DNA from: Corallochytrium limacisporum Hawaii
Taxonomy: Eukaryota > Protista > Pluriformea
Direction of reading: 5' to 3'
Assembly: GCA_002811645.1 (NCBI GenBank)
Contig: PDIP01000003.1
Span: 124,001-188,000, forward strand
DNA length: 64,000 nucleotides
In this document: positions 47,914 to 58,166 of the stretch, in pieces
Layout: each line of letters opens with the position of its first letter
Position numbering within the stretch: position 1 is the first letter of the stretch
The notes under the pieces: model-generated
Told to the model about the DNA's origin: nothing
The model's input: the letters and a program-made list of their open reading frames with translations, nothing else
The model's database searches: none
Program-made: the position numbers and the translations under genes

Positions 47914-49815
47914 ATGGCAGCAGAAGACACACACAATTCCCCGAATGATGGTGAATCGTCCATCCGGGCGCAGGAAGACTGGGCTCCCGTAAAACCAGAA
48001 TTCCAAAAGAAGCGGTGGGAAGATGCCCCACGGGGTTATGAACGAACAGAGCAGATTCTGCAAGGTGAGGAGGCATCGGTTTTGCCTGTCAACGGCAAAG
48101 AGACCAAACACGGGCCGGCAACAACAGATGGTCAGCCACCGCCCAAGAAACAGCGCCGGTACACAGAGATTCGTCGGGATCAGATGCTCTGTCCTTCAGT
48201 AGTGGGCCAGCGTGACTGCAGTCGAGGTGACCGGTGTCAATTCCAGCACAAACTTGAAGAATATCTGGAAACTAAGCAGGATGATTTAGAAGGCGAGTGT
48301 CCAAATCTTCCTAAAGATGTCCCGGATGCAAAGGCATGTCGGTTCGGCCCAGTCTGCCGTTTTGCGAAAAGTCATCCCGGAGGAAAGGCAGCACTGCCAC
48401 CCCCTGAAGACCACAGCAACAAAGAAACCTACCCACTGCGTCAGAAGTATGAGGCAAAGGTACGAAACACGATAAATATGGAAACACGCAAGGCATTAGG
48501 ACGACGGAAGTATGAATTCAAGGTAGCAGAGGATAAGGCCTTTAACCAGCAGCTCATCGAGCAGGCACGAGCACGCAAAGCTGCCTACGCCGCGACCGTC
48601 ACAGAGGGTCCTGAAGCGAAATCCGTTGTCAATACTTTTGAGCCACGGGCACGTCCCAAGCTGGATTTCCGGGACAAGACATACCTTGCGCCACTGACCA
48701 CGGTGGGAAATCTACCGTTCCGGGTGATTTGCAAGCGTCGTTTTAAATGCGACATCACGTGCTCAGAGATGGCGCTAGGCACTTCTCTACTGGGTGGTGG
48801 AGGCTCTGACCTCGCTCTTCTTAAACGTCATCGTTGTGAAGACATGTTTGGTGTACAAGTATGCGGCAACAACCGCGAGGCCATGATGCGATGTGTCGAA
48901 ATGCTCGGTCGCGAAATTGAGGCAGACTTTATTGATCTCAACCTTGGGTGCCCCATTGATCAGATTTACAAGCGTGGCCTAGGATCCGGGCTCATGGCCA
49001 AGCCAAGCAAGTGCATCAGTGTTGTGGAGGGCATGTGTGAGACTCTGCATCGTGTTCGCCCTGATATGGCCGTAACTGTGAAAATGCGCACCGGTGTGTC
49101 ATCGAGCAAGCCTATGGCAGCGCAACTTGTCACTGACCTGGCAAGGCAAACGACGGTAGCGCTCTTTACCCTTCACGGACGCAGCCGTGAGCAACGATAC
49201 CTACGTTCCGCCGACTGGAACTACATCAGCACTGTGGCCAAGGCGGCCCACACCGCCGTGCCCGAGAATCCGGTACCTCTGTTCGGCAATGGTGATCTTA
49301 TTTCCTGGGAAGAGTATAATGAGCACATGAGTAAGACGGGCATAGATGGATGCATGCTTGCCCGCGGTGCCTTGATCAAACCTTGGGTGTTCACTGAGAT
49401 CAAAGAGAGGCGCACATGGGATATTAGCAGCTCCGAACGAATGGACATGCTACGTGACTTTGTTAACGAAGGATTGATGCACTGGGGCTCAGACAAGAAG
49501 GGCGTGGAACTTACCCGGCGATTCCTCTTGGAATGGCTCAGCTTTCTGTGCCGTTACGTTCCCGTTGGCGTCATGGAACGCGTGCCCATGCTCATTCAGG
49601 AGCGCCCTCCCCCATTTTTTGGCCGCGACGACTTGGAGACATTGATGGCATCACCCAGTGTTAAGGACTGGATCCGTATCTCTGAAATGCTCCTAGGTCC
49701 AGTGCCGAAGGAGTTCAAGTTTGTGCCCAAGCACAAGGCCAATGCGTACGAAAAGGATGGCAGCCGCAGTGCCGTGAATGACGGTACCGATGCGGGCAAG
49801 TTCGAATGGGGTTAA
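47914..49815 (+). CDS. DUS3L: tRNA-dihydrouridine(47) synthase
   Basis: Two CCCH fingers, YLAPLTTVGNLPFR, DLNLGCPID, HGRSREQRY..SADWNYI, ARGALIKPWVFTEIKE, FVPKHKANAY. Confidence 0.97.
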   Translation: MAAEDTHNSPNDGESSIRAQEDWAPVKPEFQKKRWEDAPRGYERTEQILQGEEASVLPVNGKETKHGPATTDGQPPPKKQRRYTEIRRDQMLCPSVVGQRDCSRGDRCQFQHKLEEYLETKQDDLEGECPNLPKDVPDAKACRFGPVCRFAKSHPGGKAALPPPEDHSNKETYPLRQKYEAKVRNTINMETRKALGRRKYEFKVAEDKAFNQQLIEQARARKAAYAATVTEGPEAKSVVNTFEPRARPKLDFRDKTYLAPLTTVGNLPFRVICKRRFKCDITCSEMALGTSLLGGGGSDLALLKRHRCEDMFGVQVCGNNREAMMRCVEMLGREIEADFIDLNLGCPIDQIYKRGLGSGLMAKPSKCISVVEGMCETLHRVRPDMAVTVKMRTGVSSSKPMAAQLVTDLARQTTVALFTLHGRSREQRYLRSADWNYISTVAKAAHTAVPENPVPLFGNGDLISWEEYNEHMSKTGIDGCMLARGALIKPWVFTEIKERRTWDISSSERMDMLRDFVNEGLMHWGSDKKGVELTRRFLLEWLSFLCRYVPVGVMERVPMLIQERPPPFFGRDDLETLMASPSVKDWIRISEMLLGPVPKEFKFVPKHKANAYEKDGSRSAVNDGTDAGKFEWG

Positions 49816-49906
49816 GTACAAAAACAGCAACAACAAAAATAGCCTAGTGGAATTCGTAAAAAGAATATGAGATATATGTTACATTTGTAGGTTGCTTCAG
49901 TAAAAT

Positions 49907-50974
49907 TCACCCTTTTGCTGTCTCCACACCGAGCTTCTTGAGTTCGCGACGGAGCCTGCGGGCACGGCTGGCTAGGCGGCCACGCTCGGCCTGTTCCAAA
50001 CGGATCTTGCGAGCCTTGCGCTTCTCAACCTTCAAAGCGCGGCCCCACAGACGGCTCGGATCCGTGAGCTTGTCAATGACCCTGTCGATGTCAATCTGGT
50101 CCGAGCTGACGAGCTCAGCATCTGGGCTGGGCCACTGGCTATGGCGGTTGTCACGAACAAAGCGGCGCCACATAAACTCACGATGATACTTTTCCCGCAT
50201 TTCCGGTGTTCCCTGCAGCTGAGCCTTAATCTCATCAATTTCCGGCATATAATCGTCTATAACCACACCACTGGATTGACGGTCCTCGAAGCCGCCCTGG
50301 GGAAAGGTCACAAAATCTTTGCCCATATCGCGCACCTCAAGCCACTGCTCCCCTGCATCGTTAGGACGGTATCCCAGGATCTTGATCTCTTCAATCAATG
50401 GTGAGTACTTGAAGAATGAATACTCCATGCAAGTCTGTTCCTCAGCAAGGCGGATAGTAAATCTTGAATTGAGATCTGCCACCCGGTTGTCAATACAGAG
50501 ACCAATCTTGATTGTAAACTTACTATCCGAGAAAGATTCCTTGTACTTGATGCCTAGGATGTGACCTACACGGAACCAAGGCATCTTGATGTATTCCTCC
50601 CGTTCAAACATCCGCTTCAGGCGGAGCATAGCTACGGTGTCAATCCCCAGCTGCTCAGGAGGCACCACGTCAAGCTCTGCCAGAATCCTCGCCTTGTGTT
50701 CAGCCATGTTTTGGAACCACCACTCAGGGGGCTGTCCGGTCTCAGACCATTCAGGATCTTCCATGGGCCAGTCGAGAGCGGTCCACTTCAAATGTGCAGG
50801 AGTCAAATCCTTCTGCAATTCCTTCTCCCGGGGCTTTGGAATCTTCCAGAGACGGTATTCTTGGCCGTAGACTGGGCGTCTGTATGTGACAGCTGAAGTC
50901 TGAAAAGAGCGCATAGGAGTCATACGGATGCCTCCCACACTCACCGACCGACTTGCTCGTAATACTCTGAGCAT
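49907..50974 (-). CDS. MRPL19: Mitochondrial ribosomal protein bL19m
   Basis: Arg/Ser-rich mitochondrial presequence. L19 core MPWFRVGHIL...IGLCID......SRFTIR......MEYSFFKYSPLIEEIKIL. Confidence 0.8.
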   Translation of the reverse strand: MLRVLRASRSVSVGGIRMTPMRSFQTSAVTYRRPVYGQEYRLWKIPKPREKELQKDLTPAHLKWTALDWPMEDPEWSETGQPPEWWFQNMAEHKARILAELDVVPPEQLGIDTVAMLRLKRMFEREEYIKMPWFRVGHILGIKYKESFSDSKFTIKIGLCIDNRVADLNSRFTIRLAEEQTCMEYSFFKYSPLIEEIKILGYRPNDAGEQWLEVRDMGKDFVTFPQGGFEDRQSSGVVIDDYMPEIDEIKAQLQGTPEMREKYHREFMWRRFVRDNRHSQWPSPDAELVSSDQIDIDRVIDKLTDPSRLWGRALKVEKRKARKIRLEQAERGRLASRARRLRRELKKLGVETAKG

Positions 50975-51511
50975 TCTTACTTTTGTGTACTGCTATGTTT
51001 CGAAGCCACGGTTTGTCGAGTTGCCAAACAGAGCTAGTCCATGTCTATTTTGCTATCTGTTTCTGATGTGCTGATCACCCCAGCTTACAAGTTGAAGATG
51101 TGAATGTCATCAATCCGTGAGAATCTGTTTTGCACTAAAGTACCTACAAGTGCTCTAACCAGTCAGCTTTCCCAATGTCGCCACTCCAACATTGCACGAG
51201 TGCAGTCTTAGGGCTGTCACCACCTCTGGTAACGTTCCGGGCCACACGTGCCCCCACCGCTTTCTGTGTAGTGGGGTGCCCAGCGCTGGCCTCCCCCAGC
51301 CCTCCTTCCTAATTTTCGTTTAGCACCCCTCCCCCTCATCCACGGCCACACTGAATACGATGCAATTATCAGTCACCTCGGGCTTTTGCACGTCAGGGTA
51401 CTAGTTGTGTAGTGCTGTCATCGTGAGTGGTGTCGTTTGGGTGCAGATCTTGGTCGTACTTCGGCCAAAAAAAGCAAGACAGAGTACTGTTCTTGAAACA
51501 ATGTCATAGCC
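50975..51511. promoter_or_regulatory. Bidirectional promoter MRPL19/ADAT2 with E-box
   Basis: Divergent starts. ApT-free core 51193-51311 containing CACGTG at 51245-51250. Confidence 0.55.
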
Positions 51512-52051
51512 ATGATGGCCAACCCCGACGCTGGCACGTCGGCATCGGCAGCATTCTCACAACAAGAAAGTGTGTACATGAATAAAGCCTTTGAATATGC
51601 AGAGCAGGCGCTTCTAGAGAAGGAAGTCCCAATTGCGTGCGTGATCGTTGACAAAAATGGTGAGATCATAGCATGGGGTGCAAACAAAACGAATGAAAAG
51701 CGGGATGCCACCCGTCACGCGGAAATGGAGGCCATCAATATGTTGCCGGACGACATGGATGCTGCCTCGCTCACCCTGTATGTAACAGTAGAGCCCTGCA
51801 TCATGTGTGCGGCGGCACTGCGGCAGTATGGTATCTTTGACGTTGTATACGGCTGTGATAACGCCCGTTTCGGTGGTTGTGGCACTGTTAAGGACATTGC
51901 TCGGCAGGAAGTGGAAGGCCTTGAAAAGCTCCGCATCCGCAAAGGCCTATACGCTGACCGTGCCATCGAGATCCTCAAACGCTTCTACACGCAGGAAAAT
52001 CTCAACGCGCCACCGGAGAAGCGGAAGATCAAACGATTGAAGACCGAATGA
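51512..52051 (+). CDS. ADAT2: tRNA-specific adenosine-34 deaminase catalytic subunit (Tad2)
   Basis: EVPIACVIV, DATRHAEMEA, LYVTVEPCIMCAAAL, YGCDNARFGGCG, FYTQENLNAP. Confidence 0.96.
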   Translation: MMANPDAGTSASAAFSQQESVYMNKAFEYAEQALLEKEVPIACVIVDKNGEIIAWGANKTNEKRDATRHAEMEAINMLPDDMDAASLTLYVTVEPCIMCAAALRQYGIFDVVYGCDNARFGGCGTVKDIARQEVEGLEKLRIRKGLYADRAIEILKRFYTQENLNAPPEKRKIKRLKTE

Positions 52052-52225
52052 ATGAAGGCACGGATGTCGCCTCGTTCCGACTGGTCCTCGGTGCAGCATA
52101 GCCCTGAGAGCGGTGCGCTTTGTTACCAAGCGATCCCGTCCTCCGTACTGAATCTATAGCAAATAGCGGAGACCACAATCAATACATTACCTACCCAAAG
52201 TTTGCCTAATAAATGTACTGCACCG

Positions 52226-52238
52226 GGGGCGGGCCAAT
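52226..52238 (+). promoter_or_regulatory. Adjacent GC box and CCAAT box upstream of myosin V
   Basis: GGGGCGGG immediately followed by CCAAT. Confidence 0.3.
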
Positions 52239-53008
52239 GGCGGCGAGGGCCTGGGTCCCCCCATTCTCGTTACCAGTCGACCCCCTCTCCGTTTGGGTTT
52301 GTTCCTTGGAGCGAACCCGTCCTGTACATTGGGTACCGGCCGGCCCAAGTGCCCCCCCCCCTTCTCCCGTTCCACCGGCCCGGCCCCGTTTGGGCTCTCG
52401 TTGCTGCGACAAAAGGGGGGGTTGGTTGGGCAAGCATAGAAATAGGAAACGATCAGACACGGAAGCGGAGGACGAATGATTCCCCAATACATTGCATCAT
52501 CCCCCCGGTTGGGGGGGGGACCAAGTTCTCCACGGAACAAAGGCTCAATAATTTCCCCAAATGCGATGGGGAATGCGAAAGCGGTGCGTTGGGGTTATAT
52601 ATTCAGTATTGATATTAAGAAAATCTTTGGACTTACGAGATTGAACGAGGAGTAGTACTCCGTCCATCCCGGAGGGGAGTTGATGGCTGCTGCAGGGTGC
52701 TCACCACGTCATATCCGCCGGTTCCGTGTTCAGGTGCCCATTGGAGCGGCATAGCAGCCATTGATGAAAACTGACCGGGTTGTTGTTTGACGGATAAACC
52801 ATTCCACTGCCCCTGGCTTGGATTGTATGCCGCTTATTTTCTTGGTCTTGGGTATTAGAGATCGCTTACGGATCCTACCCTTGACAAAACCTATACATTT
52901 GAGAAGAGTGGTTGTTATGAAGTGTGAGGGTGTGCTATCAAATGTCGTAGAGAGATACAGGTAGCTCCTACGATAGGAGAAGAAAACAGCGCTAGAGAAA
53001 TATCAACC

Positions 53009-56000
53009 ATGGCGCCAGATAGCCTGCATGGCAGTGCGCCGGCCATAAACATGGGCCAAAACCCGGAGGACATTCTGGCAAGGTGCAAGCCAGGAACGCT
53101 GGTTTGGATCAAAGATACAGATGAGGGTTGGGCCCAAGGCGAAATTCTCTCCATAGACGGTGCCTCGGGGCTTATCAAAGCACGTGACCCGGCTGGATCC
53201 GAGGTCACTTTGTCTGTGACGCCAGAAAAGAATGAACATCCGGTCTTGGTTCGGACTACAGGACCGTCCGAGGGACTTGAGGACATGACACAGCTACCCT
53301 ATCTACACGAACCGGCCGTGCTGCAGTGCCTCCACACGCGGTACGAACAGAGTCAAATCTACACATTCTCTGGAATTGTACTTGTGGCCGTGAATCCATT
53401 TAGCCACATGGAAGGCCTGTACGCTACGGAAATGATTGACACATATCGTGGATCAGTTGGCGAGCGTTTGGATCCGCATCTGTTCGCTGTCGCTGAGGCC
53501 GCGTATGTGCACATTGAGACCACGGGACAGTCACAGAGTGTCATTGTCAGTGGCGAGTCTGGAGCTGGCAAAACGGTAAGTGCAAAATACATGATGCGAT
53601 ACCTGAGCACGGTTGGAGGTGTTGAGTATGGTAGCTTGGAGAACCTCCGACACGCTGCAGAGGATAGTGAGCGAATGGAGACGCAGATATTGGCCAGCAA
53701 TCCTATCTTTGAGGCCTTCGGCAACGCGAAAACAACACGCAACGACAATTCATCACGATTCGGCAAGTTCTTGAAGATCTTTTTCAACAAAGATAACAAG
53801 ATTTTTGGTGCATCCACGCAGACGTATTTGCTAGAGAAGAGTCGTGTGGTTCTCCACGCCAAGCAGGAGCGGTCTTTCCATATCCTCTATCAGCTCTTGG
53901 CCGGCTTGCAGGATCTTTCCGAAAGTCAGCAAGAAGAGCTTGCTCTGCCATCGTCGAATCCTGCGGATTATGCCTTTACAGTCCATGGCACGCCTACTGT
54001 GAAAGACGTGGACGATCGGGATGAGTTTGCAGAGATGCTCAGGGCAATGCAGACTTTGAACTTCAGCGATGAGGAACAGAACAACATTCTGAAAGTCCTT
54101 GCTGCTGTACTTCACATGGGTAACATTAAGATTAGTGCAAAGAAGGAGAGGGCGAAACTGGAAAATGTGCAAGAAGGTAAGGAAGCGGAGTCGCCAATGG
54201 GATACGCGGCTCGGCTGCTTGGTTTGGACTTGGAGCAATTCGAGAAATGGATTCTCAAGCGCCGGATCCGTGCCGTACGGGATGTCGTAGAAAGTTTCAA
54301 CAACGCAGCCCAGGCACAAGATCTAGTGCAATCACTAGCAAAGAACTTCTACTCCATGTGCTTTGACTACGTTGTGAGCTTGATCAATCGGACTTTGGAG
54401 ACCAACAAGATCCGGAATGACACTCGCTTCATTGGTATTTTAGATATTTATGGATTTGAGAGCTTTGAGAAGAATTCTTTTGAGCAATTCTGCATCAACT
54501 ATGCCAATGAGAATCTGCAACAGGAGTTTGCTCGGCATGTTTTCAAGTTGGAACAGGAAGAGTATATTGCGGAAGGGATTCCTTGGGAATTTATTGCGTT
54601 CAATGATAATGAAGAGTGCATCAATCTGATTGAGGGGAAATTGGGAATCTTGTCCTTGCTGGATGAGGAATGTCGGAAAGCAAAGGGCACAAATGAGAGT
54701 TTCGGGTTGAACCTCCAGGCGAACCACAAGAACAATGACTTCTTTGCTGTACCGAAACTGAAGAATGGTGTGGAGCCTTTCATTGTGAAACATTATGCTG
54801 GCAGTGTCATGTATGATTGTTATAGCTTCGTGGAAAAGAACAAGGATCAGCTCAACGAGGATATTAAGGAGGTGATCAAAGCGTCAACATCTCCGTTTGT
54901 ACAAAACATTCTAAAGTTTGATCCCATTTCGTTCCCTCCTGATGAAGACGAGCCAGAGGAGCCGTCTGGACGCGGAAAGCGCAAGAGAATACCGACCGTT
55001 GGCTCGCAGTTCCGGACTTCGCTCACGGAACTCATGAAGACGTTGTATGGGACTGAAACACACTATGTACGCTGCATCAAACCGAACATGGAAAAGGCAG
55101 CCTGGGTATTTGATCGGACTCATGTTCTGAGTCAGCTGCGGGCTTGCGGTGTTCTTGAAACTATCCGAATCAGTGCTGCTGGGTTTCCAAATAAGAAGTT
55201 TCATGACGAATTCGTCACAAGGTACAGGCCTTTACTTAAGGGAATCTCTCCGAAAGAGGACAATCTGGAAGAATGTGTGAGGAACATTTTGGAACAGTAC
55301 TGCACCAGTGAAGATGGACATGATCGGTACCAAATCGGTAAGACCAAGGTCTTTCTCCGAGCCGGGGAATTGCCTCTCTTGGAAGACAAGCGAAGCGAGC
55401 GATTCCGGAAGGCGGCAGTGATGATTCAATCCAATTACCGGGCTCATTACCACCAGAAAAGATTTGTCAGGATTCGCAGAACTGCTTTGGCGTTGCAAAC
55501 CTGGATTCGAGGCGGGAAGGCCCGACATATCGTACAAGACCTGCGGGAGGCAAGGGCAGCAACAATGCTGGCCGCCTGGTACCGCGGATGCAAGCAGCGA
55601 CTCACGTACAAGCAGCAGAGAGAGGCCGTCATTCTTCTACAATCCTTGGTGCGCGTTCGTATGGCGAAGGAAGAGGTGGCGATTCTACGGGCAGAGAAGT
55701 ATGCCAAGATTCAGGAAGGGGCTGCCCTCAAGATCCAGGGTGTCATGCGGGTTGTGGCAGCGCGAACGAAGTTCTTGCGCACGCGTAGTGGTATCGTTCA
55801 GCTGCAATCTCACTTCCGTCGCCGCCAGGCCAAGAAGGAGTTTATTGAGTTGCGTAAGGAGGCACGCAGTGTGACGAAACTGCAAGAGACCAAGTTTGCT
55901 CTTGAGAACACGGTAATGAATCTCACCCGAGAGCTTGACTCTGTTAAGGCCGAGCGCGATGCTGCCAATGCTGAGATTGTGCAGTTGAAGGCGGCGCGGG

Positions 56001-58096
56001 AGACAGAGACAAACACCGTGGCTGACATCAAAGAAGAGCTCGAGACAATCAAGAAAGCAGACAGTGAGAAGGCGGCACGGATTGGAGCGCTGGAAACCGA
56101 AATTGAGCAGATCGATCTTGCACGCACAGAGAAAGACGCAGAAATGGAGAGCGTAAGGTCTCAATTGGTGGAACTAACCGCCAAATTTGTCGCAATGGAA
56201 GCTCTCTTTGCCACAACACAGTCCGCTCTTGAGGAGATGGAGGAGGCGAAGAAGGAACCTTTTCCTGTCAAACATATTGGCACAGATGTCATGTCACCGC
56301 AGCCTGTAGAAGGTGAAGAAAACATGCAGGAAATGATCAACGGATTGCGAAAGATGGGTCGGCCGCGTGTTAACACCTTGGACCGAATCGACGACTCTGT
56401 GCTGGCTATGACGGCTGTTGACCAGCCAACAGAGGACTTCCAGAAGGAGCTTGAAGAGGACTACATCAACCGAACCCCTCGGGACCTTTCCAAGACTTCG
56501 AAGGCGACTAGTGATGCCCAAGCCGAGGTCAACGGTGCTTCCGCTGTGTCAGAGGCTCAGAATGCCCTTGAACAGGAGAATAAGAAGCTCGAGGAAGAGC
56601 TTGAGATGCTCCGTGAAGAATTGAGATCCCTGCGAGAGAAAGGCAGCCTCGAGGAAGGATCGGCCAGCAGCCCAGGGGTCTTCGCCAAGCGTCAGAACCC
56701 GCGACAAGCAATGCGCAACATTAAGGAAAAGATTAAGCAGGGTGCTGTCGGTGTGGCAAACGAAGGTCGTCGGGCATACGGCAGTTTCCGTGGTACGCCA
56801 GATTCGAACGGCAATGCTTTGAGCGCGACCGGTCTTGGCGATCCCTTGCAGGTAGGCACTGACCCACTGACTTCTGCGCATGGTGAGGTCGATAGTGACT
56901 CCCTCCCCGACGGCGTTCATGACTTCCGCGAACCAGACCGGGCCACACCACAACCGAAGGCGGTGATGAAGGAGTCGCGTAACCGTGGACTTTCGGGTAA
57001 TACCACATCGTCCATTATCATGGCTTTCAAGTACCACGAGTCGGACATAAACCGCCTGCGCGAGAACCTGGAAGCCCTTGACCCCCGAGACCCAATGGTC
57101 AATGGCAAGCCTGTGGTGGCCCAGGTCATCTTGCATTGTGTGCGCTACGACATCTATATGAATCGAATCGAACAGATGGAACGTTTGACGGACATGAGCT
57201 TAAACCTTATGCGTCGTCAGTTTGGAGCCAATTCGTGTATCCTACGTGCATTCTGGCTGGCCAACACCTGCCATCTGCTAGCGGCCTTGAAACTCGACCA
57301 GCCAGTCATCAAGAATACCACACAAATGTTCCAGCATTTGCTCATGGAGCACATTAGTGAAGGCTTCCAGGCCTTGCTCGAGAAGATGATGGCCGATCTC
57401 AATCCCTTGATCCCCGCCCTCCTCGATGAGGAGGCACGCAGTGATGCAGCCAAGACTGGTGGTTGGATGCGGATGGTGCGAAATGCTGTTACCAGCCGTC
57501 CTACGATGGCAAACTTGGTAGCACTTCTGGATAGCCGCTTACGCATGTTTCAGAACGTGGAACTTGAACCGAGTATCATCTACCAGCTGTATCAGCGCGT
57601 GATTGAAGGCATCGATGCCTTTACCTTGAATCGTATCATCATGCGTCGCGACTACTGCACCCACGATAAGGGCAAACACATCGAAGCGAACGTCATGCGC
57701 ATCCTGCGGTGGGTGAAGACCGGGTCTAGCATTCCCCAAGAACTCATGCAAGATACCATGAGCAATACTTTGGCTGCCGTGTATCTGCTGATTGGTCCTA
57801 AGCGCTCCGCAGACGATGTGGATGTCATCATTGATAATGTGAGCCCCTTGAACGGCATGCAAGCGCAGCGCATACTGAACCACTACCACCATGACACATA
57901 TGATGATCCGGTGAATCCACAGTTTAAGAAGGAGCTCCTACGGCGCTTGGGCTTCGACCGCAATGAGTCTGTGGTCATGAAGCGCATCCCGCTTACGATT
58001 CCACCCATCATCAGCGTCAAAAAGGCGGTGGTATACAATACCAATGTTCCTCGGTCTCTGGCAAATGCGGACATTCTCGAGGAGTTCATGCTTTGA
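53009..58096 (+). CDS. MYO5: Class V myosin heavy chain (SH3-like N-terminus, motor, IQ repeats, coiled coil, DIL domain)
   Basis: GESGAGKT, EAFGNAKTTRNDNSSRFGK, DIYGFE, LRACGVLETIRIS, about six IQ motifs, coiled coil and a dilute-domain tail (LNRIIMRRDYC...W...LNGMQAQRIL). Confidence 0.95.
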   Translation: MAPDSLHGSAPAINMGQNPEDILARCKPGTLVWIKDTDEGWAQGEILSIDGASGLIKARDPAGSEVTLSVTPEKNEHPVLVRTTGPSEGLEDMTQLPYLHEPAVLQCLHTRYEQSQIYTFSGIVLVAVNPFSHMEGLYATEMIDTYRGSVGERLDPHLFAVAEAAYVHIETTGQSQSVIVSGESGAGKTVSAKYMMRYLSTVGGVEYGSLENLRHAAEDSERMETQILASNPIFEAFGNAKTTRNDNSSRFGKFLKIFFNKDNKIFGASTQTYLLEKSRVVLHAKQERSFHILYQLLAGLQDLSESQQEELALPSSNPADYAFTVHGTPTVKDVDDRDEFAEMLRAMQTLNFSDEEQNNILKVLAAVLHMGNIKISAKKERAKLENVQEGKEAESPMGYAARLLGLDLEQFEKWILKRRIRAVRDVVESFNNAAQAQDLVQSLAKNFYSMCFDYVVSLINRTLETNKIRNDTRFIGILDIYGFESFEKNSFEQFCINYANENLQQEFARHVFKLEQEEYIAEGIPWEFIAFNDNEECINLIEGKLGILSLLDEECRKAKGTNESFGLNLQANHKNNDFFAVPKLKNGVEPFIVKHYAGSVMYDCYSFVEKNKDQLNEDIKEVIKASTSPFVQNILKFDPISFPPDEDEPEEPSGRGKRKRIPTVGSQFRTSLTELMKTLYGTETHYVRCIKPNMEKAAWVFDRTHVLSQLRACGVLETIRISAAGFPNKKFHDEFVTRYRPLLKGISPKEDNLEECVRNILEQYCTSEDGHDRYQIGKTKVFLRAGELPLLEDKRSERFRKAAVMIQSNYRAHYHQKRFVRIRRTALALQTWIRGGKARHIVQDLREARAATMLAAWYRGCKQRLTYKQQREAVILLQSLVRVRMAKEEVAILRAEKYAKIQEGAALKIQGVMRVVAARTKFLRTRSGIVQLQSHFRRRQAKKEFIELRKEARSVTKLQETKFALENTVMNLTRELDSVKAERDAANAEIVQLKAARETETNTVADIKEELETIKKADSEKAARIGALETEIEQIDLARTEKDAEMESVRSQLVELTAKFVAMEALFATTQSALEEMEEAKKEPFPVKHIGTDVMSPQPVEGEENMQEMINGLRKMGRPRVNTLDRIDDSVLAMTAVDQPTEDFQKELEEDYINRTPRDLSKTSKATSDAQAEVNGASAVSEAQNALEQENKKLEEELEMLREELRSLREKGSLEEGSASSPGVFAKRQNPRQAMRNIKEKIKQGAVGVANEGRRAYGSFRGTPDSNGNALSATGLGDPLQVGTDPLTSAHGEVDSDSLPDGVHDFREPDRATPQPKAVMKESRNRGLSGNTTSSIIMAFKYHESDINRLRENLEALDPRDPMVNGKPVVAQVILHCVRYDIYMNRIEQMERLTDMSLNLMRRQFGANSCILRAFWLANTCHLLAALKLDQPVIKNTTQMFQHLLMEHISEGFQALLEKMMADLNPLIPALLDEEARSDAAKTGGWMRMVRNAVTSRPTMANLVALLDSRLRMFQNVELEPSIIYQLYQRVIEGIDAFTLNRIIMRRDYCTHDKGKHIEANVMRILRWVKTGSSIPQELMQDTMSNTLAAVYLLIGPKRSADDVDVIIDNVSPLNGMQAQRILNHYHHDTYDDPVNPQFKKELLRRLGFDRNESVVMKRIPLTIPPIISVKKAVVYNTNVPRSLANADILEEFML

Positions 58097-58166
58097 GCGG
58101 GATACAATAGTTTCGTAGCTTTCGTAAAACCAACGTTACTGTAATTTTGAAGCCATTAAGCCGTGT

